A stretch of DNA of 64,000 bases from Camelus dromedarius. Lineage: Eukaryota. A model generated the notes under the pieces. It saw nothing but the letters and a program-made list of their open reading frames with translations. It did no database searches and was not told where the DNA came from. The translations under genes and the position numbers were made by a program. The stretch spans positions 14,696,001-14,760,000 of the forward strand of contig NC_087437.1 in NCBI RefSeq assembly GCF_036321535.1. The letters run 5' to 3'. The first letter of the stretch is position 1, and every line of letters begins with the position of its first letter. Below, piece by piece: positions 1-9,833 of the stretch.

Positions 1-799
1 GCTGAATGCGGAGTTGGGAAGAGATGCATTGTAGCATGCCTTTATATACCGCTCTCATCTGTCAACTGAAGGAAAACGCACAACCTAAAAGTTGAGAGTT
101 AAGTTTTATTGGGGACCTTACTGAGAACTGTAGCCCAGGAGATAGCCTCTCAGATGGCTCTGAGGAACTGCTCCAGAGAGGGAAGGTAAGAGCCAGAATG
201 TATAGGAGTATGAGGCTGGAAAAAAACATGTAGTGGAACATCAAAAGATGACTGCTAATCACACACACAAAAAACAAAGAGCAAACAAACCAAAAAACCC
301 AGACATCGCAAGCTAATGATGTCAGATGCAAGGGTCTGGGCTCATTGAAATTGCTCCTTTGATGTGCACCTTAACTATCTAGGGCCAGCATCCAAAGCAC
401 AGAACGCTTCCTGTTTTTCTCCATCCTGAACTGTCCTCAGGTTGCTCCATGGGGGTGGGGGGTTGATGGCTTTGTCCTCATAGAAGATTCTTTGTTTCCT
501 GGAACCAAAGGCAGTGTTCCCTGTCAGCACGTCACACAGCACAACAGAAGCAAATAACCTCAAAAGCAGGGATGACAGTCAAACACAGTAGAACAGTTAG
601 GGAGTGATGAGTATCCATTACCCTTGCATTTTGAGCATTTATTACCTTTGTTTTAAATAAAATTTTATTTAATTTTAAGTTCACATAATTAACATTTTCC
701 TGATGGCTGTGTTTAGCAACCAGCTCACGAAACTCCTGAAATATTTAACCATCTGCCCTGGCAAGCCAGGACAATCCCACATGAGCCAGCTCCAGCACA
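1..799 (-). mobile_element. MER63-like hAT-Blackjack DNA transposon fragment (1-59 and 530-799), split by an LTR
   Basis: gcggagttgggaagagatgc and ...atgagccagctccagcac match the reverse complement of the recalled MER63 consensus. It also resembles the copy at 18160-19245. Confidence 0.65.
60..529 (-). mobile_element. MER41-like ERV1 solo LTR (artiodactyl type)
   Basis: TG...CA termini, 4-bp near-TSD catc/cgtc, minus-strand AATAAA near 105-110. The motif gcctctcagatggctctgaggaactgctcc is recalled from MER41-like LTRs. Confidence 0.65.
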
Positions 800-2003
800 T
801 GGGCTGGGCACACCTGTAGGTGGGCAGTAAGTCTGACTTCCCCTCTGACCCAGAGGACGTCGCCTCTGCGGGGCTGAGGGGCCGCAGGAGGCTAGAGGAA
901 GGCCCTCTGCGGCTCAAGGGTGGACCGGAGGTCTATTTTAGGATGCACGGCCAGCAAACTGCGCTTTGGCAAGTTGGAGCCTATAATTAGCCTCCGCTTG
1001 AGGCTCCAATAGAGCCCTGGTTTTTAACTAAACAACAGCAAAACCAGGGAGGCCCCCAGCTTCCCTGAGCCCAGAGCTGCCCGGGCCTCTGGACAGACAC
1101 TGGGCCGAACTACTCCATCTGCTGGGCAGCGTCCAAAGGGTCCCAGACAGCCTCCTGTCCTCAACCCCGAGGGACAAGTCGGAGCAAGGACAGAGCCCCA
1201 GCCTCGCCTCCCTCACCTCCGCGCAGCCTGCGTTTCCCACCCCCTCCCTTGCCGGCAGCCTCTTATTTATGAGGAGTCTGCGGTCCGCTGGGGAGACGTT
1301 ACAGATTCACAAAGGCCAAGCCAAAAGGCAGCAAAGCCAAGCGCTAGCGTGTTTACTCTGGACAGCGGGACGTAGGTGGCTGCGTTCCCAGCCATCTTTC
1401 TGCTTTTCCAGAATTGTGTGCCTCTGAATACAGTTCACCTATTCTGCCCCTCCACCACTCCAGGTTTGGTTTTGCTTTTTACTTTTTCTGTCTACCCCCT
1501 GGGTTCCAAGCTTTTAACAGCAGAAACAAAACAAAGCTGTACCCAGGTGAAGAGTTTAAGCCTCAAGCTCCCTGACGTGCACACCCTCCTCTGCATTAGT
1601 AATTTTTGATTCTTTTTCTTAAAGGCCATCTCCCAAATGGCACACGTGCCAGGCCATCCCTGCCCGCATCTGGCCCTACACGGCCACCTAGTTGGTCTAG
1701 AGCACTTTTGAAGCCGTCTGCTCCGCAGTGGTGGCTTTTGAGCCCACGATCTGGACACCTGTTATGACTCGGGGTCCCACACGAGGGCATGATTGTGAGA
1801 AATCAAGCAGGGTAATTGCCTTGGGCTTCAAATTTGTCATCTGTAAAATGGCATCACTGAGTGTCCGAAGACTAGGAAAGGGGGCTCCTGAATGTGAGGG
1901 CGGCAATGTATGAGGAGGATGTAGAGGGGGTTCGGCCAGGCAGCCAGAGGTCCTCAGAGAGGCCTCAGGTAGCCAGAGCCCTTGAATGAACTATATTCAG
2001 TGA

Positions 2004-2550
2004 TGTTAAATGTAGTTCCTTGTTTTCTGTATTCTTGATTCTCTGCAGCTGGGCCTCAGTGACAAGGAGGGACTTCCGCATGCAGGACTAGCAAACCCTA
2101 GAGGCAGTGACCACTTACTGTGAGAGCATCTTTGAGGCGCAAACCAACCAATCCCAAGTCAGTGCCCCAGCCCTGACTCCCAGCCTCCCCTCTCTGGCTC
2201 TCACACTCCAGGAGGCAACATCCCTCTGCCCTAGTCACCTCCAGACCAGGTACCAGACAGCTAGGAACCACCCCTACAGCCCAGAGACCGCAGAAATTAT
2301 TCAAACCAGCCGATCCCAGCTGCTTACCCCACCTCGCCCATTCCTTCCCGTGAAAACCACAGCAAAGCCTTTAGCCCCTGTTTTCTCCTCAGCCCTTCTG
2401 CTTCCTGACCACCCCTGGTCCTTCCCGACATGGCCCTGTGTGGAGTGGCTGCCCCTCCTCGTGGGTAACAAAAGATCTTTTCAACATCAGTCATCACCTG
2501 ATCTGCTGGCCTCACCATACCTGAATAAGAGCAGGGTACATTTTAAAACA
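2004..2550 (+). mobile_element. ERVL-type LTR (MER74/MER73-like)
   Basis: Runs tgttaaat...ttttaaaaca with the internal motif ccttcccgtgaaaaccaca. This explains the spurious 156-aa ORF. Confidence 0.5.
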
Positions 2551-3486
2551 CCCTTTGTGGGGGCTTCCAGAAAATGACCTCCAGACCTGGGATGGGGGAG
2601 GCTGGGAATGGCTCACCATGGTCACACCATTCATTCATGCATGCCTTCATTCAACGGGTGTTGATGGAATGTCCACCACACGCAGAGCTTGGGGACACAG
2701 CAACGAACAGGGAGCTGACCCTGGGGAAGGGCCATGTCTGTGTGGTGGATGAGGGGTCTGCTGGGGGAACCGAGGGAGCACAGTGTGGGCACGTCCCAGC
2801 TACGGCTGGGAAAAGTGATGGTACTCCCCCGTTCCAGCAGGGTCATCCTCTGCTGTTTGTCTATTTCGTTGATTTTCCCACTAGCAACCTCATCTTCACA
2901 CACTGGGGAGGCAGCACCTAGGGCCCCTCCCTCTCCCCATCCTTTCCATCTCTCTCTGGTCTATGACCTCTGGTGCTGGAAGTCGTCCACCGAGTCAACG
3001 AAGAACTTGCTGCTCACTGACATTCAAGTGCAAAGGACTGATAAGACCTTAAAACAGTGATTTGCATCTTTCTTTTTTCAAATTGTGTATATTTTTATTA
3101 AACATGATTTACATATAGTAAAACACAAATCTGAAAGGTACTGCTTAACAGATTTTTGGCACTTATATATCAGTGTAATCACCAGATCCAGACAGGGAAT
3201 GTCTTTATCATTCCAGAAAGCCTCCTCAGATTTGCAGATCCTTCTTTTAAAGTAACGGTTATTTTATCCCTACCCCAAACCGAAGATTATAGAAAAGCCA
3301 GGATGTAAAAGATATTTTTAAAGGAAGCTTCTCGGGTTAAGAAGAGAACCATCCCCCCCATTGCCCACCTGAAGGTATTGGGGGCCAAGTTAGAGAAATC
3401 ATTCTTCTGGGCTCCATGAAACCCCAGAACTGTATGTACAGGGTTTATATCCACATGCATGTTTTGAGGCTGGACAGAATTCTAGA

Positions 3487-3681
3487 GCCGTGCTGTTCAG
3501 CACAGTGGCCACTGGCCACCTGTGGCTATTTAAATTTAAATTTAAATTTATTAAGTTTCAATAAAATTAAATGTTCAGTTCTTTAGTCTCCTTTACCACC
3601 TTTTGAGTGTTCAGTAGCCACATGTGGCCACCGTCTTAGAGAACGCAGATACAGAACAGAAAGTTCTGCTGGACAGCACTG
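3487..3681. mobile_element. MER3-like hAT-Charlie MITE
   Basis: gccacctgtggctatttaaattt, tagccacatgtggc and terminal ggacagcactg. Confidence 0.7.
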
Positions 3682-4070
3682 GTCCAGAAATTTCATCAGC
3701 TTCTCAAAGGCATCCATGGCCAGAAATGGTAAGAGCCACTAAATCAAGCCAGTGAAACTTCATTTAAAGAGCCAGAAATTTTGCCGGAGGGATGAAAGCT
3801 TATCATTGTGACAGGCTATGAGCAAGTCTGTCTTGGCTAATCTTTTTGCCCCAAAAATCCAACCCCAAAAGCTCTTAAAAGATATCCAGATTTTATGCTT
3901 TATTGTCCAACTCCTCCCCCTTTATTAGAGAGGGACACTTGAATTCTAGAAATATTTGCCGTGAGAAAGGTGCTCTCAGTTCCCCAGAGCCTCTGTGCCC
4001 AGCGCTGGGGGCAAGGGGGAGCAGGGAAGGCATTGCAGTGACCTTGTCCTTTGGTGTGTGGTCATTCTAG

Positions 4071-4153
4071 GTGGGCGAGGCTGTCTTGGAAAATGCGAGG
4101 CTCATGCTGCAGACGGAGAACATCCAGGCGGGCGCAGACGACTTTAAGGAGAG
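4071..4153 (+). CDS. BFSP2: BFSP2 (phakinin/CP49) coding exon 2, 83 bp, coil 1B
   Basis: Acceptor ttctag| and donor |gtaaca. Translates VGEAVLENARLMLQTENIQAGADDFKE(R), with a type I keratin-like ADDFK.R motif. 83 bp is the canonical type I keratin exon 2 size. The correct frame is not in the ORF track. Confidence 0.96.
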
Positions 4154-4384
4154 GTAACACCCCACAGCAGAGGGGACTGTCCCTCAGCGCTCCAGACTCC
4201 TGGGCCACTCGGGTAATGCGGTTCCCGAGTCCGCAGCACTCACCTCCAGCCTCATGGAAGGCTGGGGGGAGTGACAGAGGTCCTAGGAGAACCCAGAGCT
4301 AAGATGGTCCGGCTCAAACCTCCTTGGAGACATAAACTGGGTCTCAGGGCCTCAGAGATCTTCCCAGCGTCACTGGGTTTAGAG

Positions 4385-4571
4385 CAGGGGTCTCAAAACC
4401 TCATGTGCATCAGAGTCACCCGAGGTGCTGAAAGAAAACGCAGATTGCTGTGCCCACCCTTAGAGCTTCTGATTCAACAGGTCTCAGGAGGGACCCAAAA
4501 CTTAATGTTTCTAACAAGTCCCCAATGATGCTGATCCTACGGGTCCCAGGACCACACTTTGAAAACTACTG
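4385..4571. mobile_element. MER5A hAT-Charlie MITE
   Basis: caggggtctcaaa...gcatcagagtcacc...ctgattc...ctttgaaaactactg, with an 8-bp near-TSD gtttagag/gtttaaag. Confidence 0.8.
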
Positions 4572-5689
4572 GTTTAAAGCAATACATCTCAGTGTAGGGA
4601 CTATATATTACAATTACATGTGCACTTAAAAATGCCAGCACACAACCCCCACAGACTAGTTAAACCAGAGTCCCGGGTGGGAAGAGGGCAAGGTGGGGAG
4701 GGCAGGCTACAGTATTTTTAAAGCTGACCAGGTTCTCTTAGTATCCACCTAGCCTTGAGAACCACCTCTTTGGAGCCTAATACAATGTTTTGTTTCCCTA
4801 AAGTGTGATGTGTAGACCATTGATGAAGATCATTTTACCTGGTATAAAGATAAACATTTTATTTTTAATAGTCATGTATTCATTTTTATAGTTACCTTCT
4901 ATTATATGGCCCATGGAACTTTACCATGTATAGTAACAATTTAAATTTTATTTAATATAAAGAGCTTTTAAGGTTGATTAAGATTTACTCTTTAAGCAGA
5001 CGAATTTAAGGAACAATATAAAGTAAATGATACAGGAGATACACATTTAGGGCAAAATCATGAAGGTGAGTGAGGTCTGAGAAACATTAGCCTTATGGAG
5101 AAGCAAAATGAAGACCTTTTTATGGATGAGCACAGTGATTTTGAGAATATTTTGTGGGAAGGATGTCCTGGGGGTTGAGCAACTGGGTGGGCGATGGGAT
5201 TGTTAGTCCCTAAATCGGCAAAGATGAGGAGGAAAGGCATACAGTTGGGAATCTTTGGGGAAGACCACGGTCCCACAGCCATTCTTAGGACTAAGAAGGG
5301 TATCATGATGGAAACAGCGATCTCTGCATCTCCCCAGACCCCTCGTCATGTCCTTTCTCTAAGACTAAGCTTCTCCACCTGCTACAAGACTCTCCATTAG
5401 TGGCCACTCTGGAGTCAAGGAGACTCTCAACCAGCCGGGGTTGCCGTCCTGCCCAGCACTGGTAGCCAAGGTCACAGGTACACAGAGAAGTGAAGCCAGC
5501 ATCCAGCCACTGACAGCTCCCTGCGCAATTAAAGACAGGTGCCAACAGACATGAAGCCATTCACACTAAGTTTAAGGTAGAATGTATTTAGGAGTGAAAT
5601 TAAGGTAGGACCTGCCTGAAATTTCTTTCACTCATTCATTCGTTCATTTGTTTCTGCATTTGATCATTCATACATTATTTTGCCTACCT

Positions 5690-6090
5690 GGAAACCAATG
5701 TATATGAAGAATGGAGGAAGGAACTGGGAATGCATAACCTGAGGAAGAAAAGGCTTGGAGGAGTGGAGGGGATGGAGCTGGGGGGATGAGAGTGTCTCCA
5801 AATATTTGTAGGACGGCCAGAGAAAGGACTAGACAGACTTTGGGTGTTCCAGCTGGTGGAACTCAGACTCTTACAGGAATGGAGACTAAAGGTCTCAAAG
5901 GAAGAAATTTGCAGTAGTTAGAGCTGTCCAAAAAGTGGCATGGCGGCCTTGGGAGGTGATGAGTCCCCATCTCTGGAAGTACTGAAGCAGGGACCACATG
6001 ATCACCTATCAACAGTGCCATCAAGGGATTGTCACCGGGCAGGAGTTTGGATAGTTGAATGCTAGTCCCTTAAAATTCTAAGACCTTAAG
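5690..6090 (+). mobile_element. L3/CR1 LINE 3' fragment
   Basis: gaaggaactgggaatg...ctgaggaagaaaaggct and gtccccatctctggaagt resemble the CR1 ORF2 end (ELG.F.LEKRRL). Confidence 0.6.
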
Positions 6091-6988
6091 ATGCTTTCTG
6101 GAATGGGAGGTGTGAGATTTCTCCCTTCTGTGCATGGATGAAGGTAAGGGGTGAGATGTGGCTGAGTGGAAGGCCATGGGAGGAAAGGAAGGACACTGGG
6201 AGAAACTGGCAAAGATGCTGGGTAGTTGTTAGGGAAAAGGGCCTGGGCAAACCAGAGATTGAGACAACTCAGAGGGGCCAGTTTCAGACTTGCATCTGCG
6301 TGTGAACATGTGCCTGTGTTAGCGCATATTTCACACTCGAATCCAGGTTTCCGGTTTCCCTTGAAGAGATGCTCACAGCCCTTCCCACACAGCGGTGGAG
6401 GAGGTGGGGTGCTGGGCAGCAGCGTCCCTTTCGGTGAAGCACGCACTGTCCTTCGCACATCCCCACCTCTCCCTGTTGCCTGGACTTCGTCCCTCCTCTG
6501 CATTCCCCACACGGTCCCTGAAGGCATTTGGGTTTGCAGCTTGGGTCCTGAAATTTTACGCGGGCTCTTTGGAGATAAGAATCACGTTCTTCATTTGGGG
6601 ATCACCAGCACGGAGCCTTGGACTCGGCAGATTCTCAGTAATGTTCGTCAAACGATTCTCAGGTGAAAAGGATGGCAAATCAGAATAATGATGACAGTGC
6701 CAGTCCCCTTGCCTGGATCAGAACTCTTGGAGATGCTTTCTCTAGAGCTTCCCACTAGGGGGAACGAGGCTGGCACCCTGTTAAGCCAGGTTATCAGAAG
6801 CTGGCTGCAATCACTTTCATTTTAATAAATCAACATGTAACAATTGTATGAACAGCACCCTCTTGGAACAGGGACTTTTAGCTTTCATTGCCTAACTATC
6901 CCCAAATTGGCCTGTTGGTCACATTTAAAATCTGATTATCTTTCTCTGAGGTTGCCCCGCTTTGCTGATTGACTTCCCTTACCTGCAG

Positions 6989-7145
6989 GTATGAGAATGA
7001 GCAGCCGTTCCGGAAGGCAGCGGAAGAGGAAATTAACTCTCTCTATAAAGTCATCGATGAAGCCAGTTCGACCAAAATGGATCTGGAGAGTCAGATAGAA
7101 AGCCTGAAAGAAGAACTTTGCTTTCTGTCAAGGAGCTATGAAGAG
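6989..7145 (+). CDS. BFSP2: BFSP2 coding exon 3, 157 bp
   Basis: ctgcag| ... |gtaggt. Translates (R)[52 protein letters not shown]. Phase fits exon 2. Contains the LKEEL segment (human E233 region). Confidence 0.97.
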
Positions 7146-8177
7146 GTAGGTGGGGGCTGGTGGCCACGAGACGGGAGGTGCTCACCTTTCTGGCTGAGCT
7201 TCACTGCACAGGCCACGACATCCTCCCTGCGTCTCTTGCCCAGAGCTGCAGGCAACACGCCAGTAAAATCCTTCCAAATCCTTGTAGTGGGTGAGGGTAC
7301 CCTGAGTCTCAAACTCAGACAGCTTCAGGGGCCAGGCTGGTACCTAAATGGGTTCTTTGGAGATAAGAAGGTAACTGGTCCAAGCAGTAGTGAGTGATGG
7401 AACCAGTATTGAATCGGTGGGAGCTTCCCCTAGACTTTCTATTTCAGACTTTTTTTTTCCCAGACTTTTTTTTTTTAAACACTCTATAGGACAAACAAAA
7501 TAACTCTGAAAGTAGATCTAGACTTTGGTGTGTACACACTTGTCAGTGAAATTAGGTCGGATCCCTGAGTGACAGGACTGAAGGGGACCTCCAGGGGTGA
7601 TGTGGTCCAGCATCCCACAGAACTGCACTGGGCCTAAACCACCTCACACCCGTCACTGATCCACCATCTAAAGTGCTTGCAGCTGAAAAAGTCAAAACTC
7701 ACTTCACCCTGTTCACATGGGGAAGTTCCTCTTTTTGTCTAACCTTAAGCTAAGCAGGAACCAATAAGCCCACTTCCTCCCATTCTTAGCTCCATGGTTT
7801 GTTACCACTCTCTGACAGTAACCTTTTAAAAACCCCACTGTTATCTTTAAATCTCTTTCCACCTACTCTGACTTGATGACATTCACACAGTTCATCCTGC
7901 TGCTGTTGCTCACTCAGTGTTGTTATTTTGTTATTTATTTCTTTTTATTTTTACTTTGGGTGGGCCTGGGCTTGTGAAGACCAGCCTAGGAAATGCATCC
8001 TGGGAAAAGAATATGGCGCCCGCGCTGGGAAGAGCACCTGGGCGTTTGCGTGTCTCTGTGAAGCCCTATGTTTGGCAGCAGCAGAACAAGAAGCAAAGTA
8101 TTGCCCACAGAGCTGGGCTTCGGCTGGCTAGAATTTCTCCTCTGGAACTCACTTGAGGTTTATGTTGTCATTTTCAG

Positions 8178-8339
8178 GATGTGAAAATGCTGTACAAACA
8201 GCTGGCAGGATCTGAGCTGGAACAAATGAATGTTCCCATTGGCACTGGGCTGGATGACATCCTTGAGACGATCAGAATTCACTGGGAGAGAGATGTCGAA
8301 AAGAACAGAGTGGAGGCGGGAGCCTTGCTCCAAGCCAAG
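8178..8339 (+). CDS. BFSP2: BFSP2 coding exon 4, 162 bp (linker L12 / coil 2 start)
   Basis: tttcag| ... |gtgaga. Translates [54 protein letters not shown]. The KNR arginine equivalent to human R287 is retained. Confidence 0.97.
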
Positions 8340-8778
8340 GTGAGAGGCAGGACCGGCATCCTCACTCTGCCCTGTGCAGGAGGAAGCCAAGCAAAGGTGA
8401 ATAGCAGCCAAACTGCAAAAGAAGGAATGCAACCGTTTCAGCCTCATCAGACAGAAAAGAAACGTGATTTAAAACAATAGCTTTTTATCTGTCTCAAATC
8501 AGAAAATGTTTAAAATGGTAATAATGTTGGCAAGTATGTGGAGAAGTGGGTGCTCTGCTGTGTTATGGGGGAGCACAAAGTAGTGTGACATCTTTGAGGA
8601 AGGGATTTGATCAAGTGTATCAAGAGTCTTAAAATGTTCCTACTTACCAGTTGAATGATCTGGACCCCATCCTAAAGATATAATTGAAAATACAGGTAAA
8701 GTATACATCCAAATATACTCGATGAAGCATTTATTATTAGAAGAGTGAAAAAATTGGGAGGAAAAACAGATAAATGTC

Positions 8779-9454
8779 TTTTTTTTTAATTGAAGTATAG
8801 TCAATTATAATGTATCAGTTTCTGGTGTACAGCACAATGTCCCAGTCATGCATAGACATACATATATTTGTTTTTATATTCTTTTTCATTAAAGGTTATT
8901 ATAAAATATTGAATATAGTTCCCTGTGCTATACAGAAGAAACTTGTTTTTTTAATCTATTTTTATATATAGTGGCTAACATTTGCAAATCTTAAACTCTC
9001 AAATTTATCCCTTTACACTCCCTTTCCCCCAGTAACCATTAGATTGTTTACTATGTCTGCAAGTCTGTTTCTGTTTTGTAGATGAGTTCATTAGTGTCCT
9101 CTTTTTTCTTTTTTTAGATTCCACATATGAATGATATGGTATTTTTCTTTCTCTCTCTGGTTTACTTCACTTAACAATGACAATCTCTAGGTCTATCCAT
9201 GTTGCTGCAAATGGCATTATTTTATCCTTTTTTATGGCTGGATAGTATTCCATTGTATAAATATACCACAACTTCTTTATCTAGTCATCTGTTGATGGAC
9301 ATTTAGGTTGCTTCCTTGTCTTAGCTTTTGTAAATAGTACTGCTATGAACATTGGGGTGCATGTATCTTTTCGAATTAGAGTTCCCTCTGGATACGTGCC
9401 CAGGGGTGGGATTGCAGGATCATATGGTAAGAATGTTTTCAGTTTTTTGAGGAA
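8779..9454 (-). mobile_element. Lineage-specific L1 3' end inserted in an older + strand L1M fragment (~8480-10080)
   Basis: Poly-T followed by aattgaagtatag...ttccattgtataaatatacc...gatggacatttaggttgcttcc. The sequence aaatgt(c/t)t flanks both sides. Confidence 0.85.
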
Positions 9455-9615
9455 AAATGTTTAGTAATAGGAGAAAGATTAAACAACACCTAACCATGCA
9501 ATGAAATATCAGGCAGTTATTAGAAATGATATTTATGAAGCATTTACAGCAATATGGGAAATGCTCTTGCAATAAAGTGAAATGGGGAGGGGGGAGAGTG
9601 CAGGTTGGCATGTGG

Positions 9616-9833
9616 CAGAGGCCAGCAAACTTGTTCCGTAAAGGACAAGATAGTAAATAGTGAGGTTTCCTGGGTCAGATGCCTCTGCTGCAGTACTCAG
9701 CTCTGCCACTGTGGTGTGAGAGCTGCCATGGACAGAAGGTAACCAGTGAGCGCGGCTATGTTCCAATAAACTTTATTTACAGAAACGGGAGGTGAGCTGG
9801 CTTTGGCTCTCGGGCTGCAGTTGCCAATCCTTG
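9616..9833. mobile_element. MER58A hAT-Charlie MITE
   Basis: cagaggccagcaaac...gtaaagg...tgttccaataaactttatttac...ttgccaatccttg. Confidence 0.8.

Noticed and set aside
3528..3552. Palindromic (ATTTAA)n run
   Set aside because: Slippage in the AT-rich centre of a MER3 MITE.
6078..6688. Overlapping 146-149 aa ORFs on both strands in intron 2, considered as a counterpart of the extra coil 1B exon reported in chicken CP49
   Set aside because: No heptad or coiled-coil character and no convincing in-phase splice pair. The intron 3 ORF at 7917-8156 fails for the same reason.
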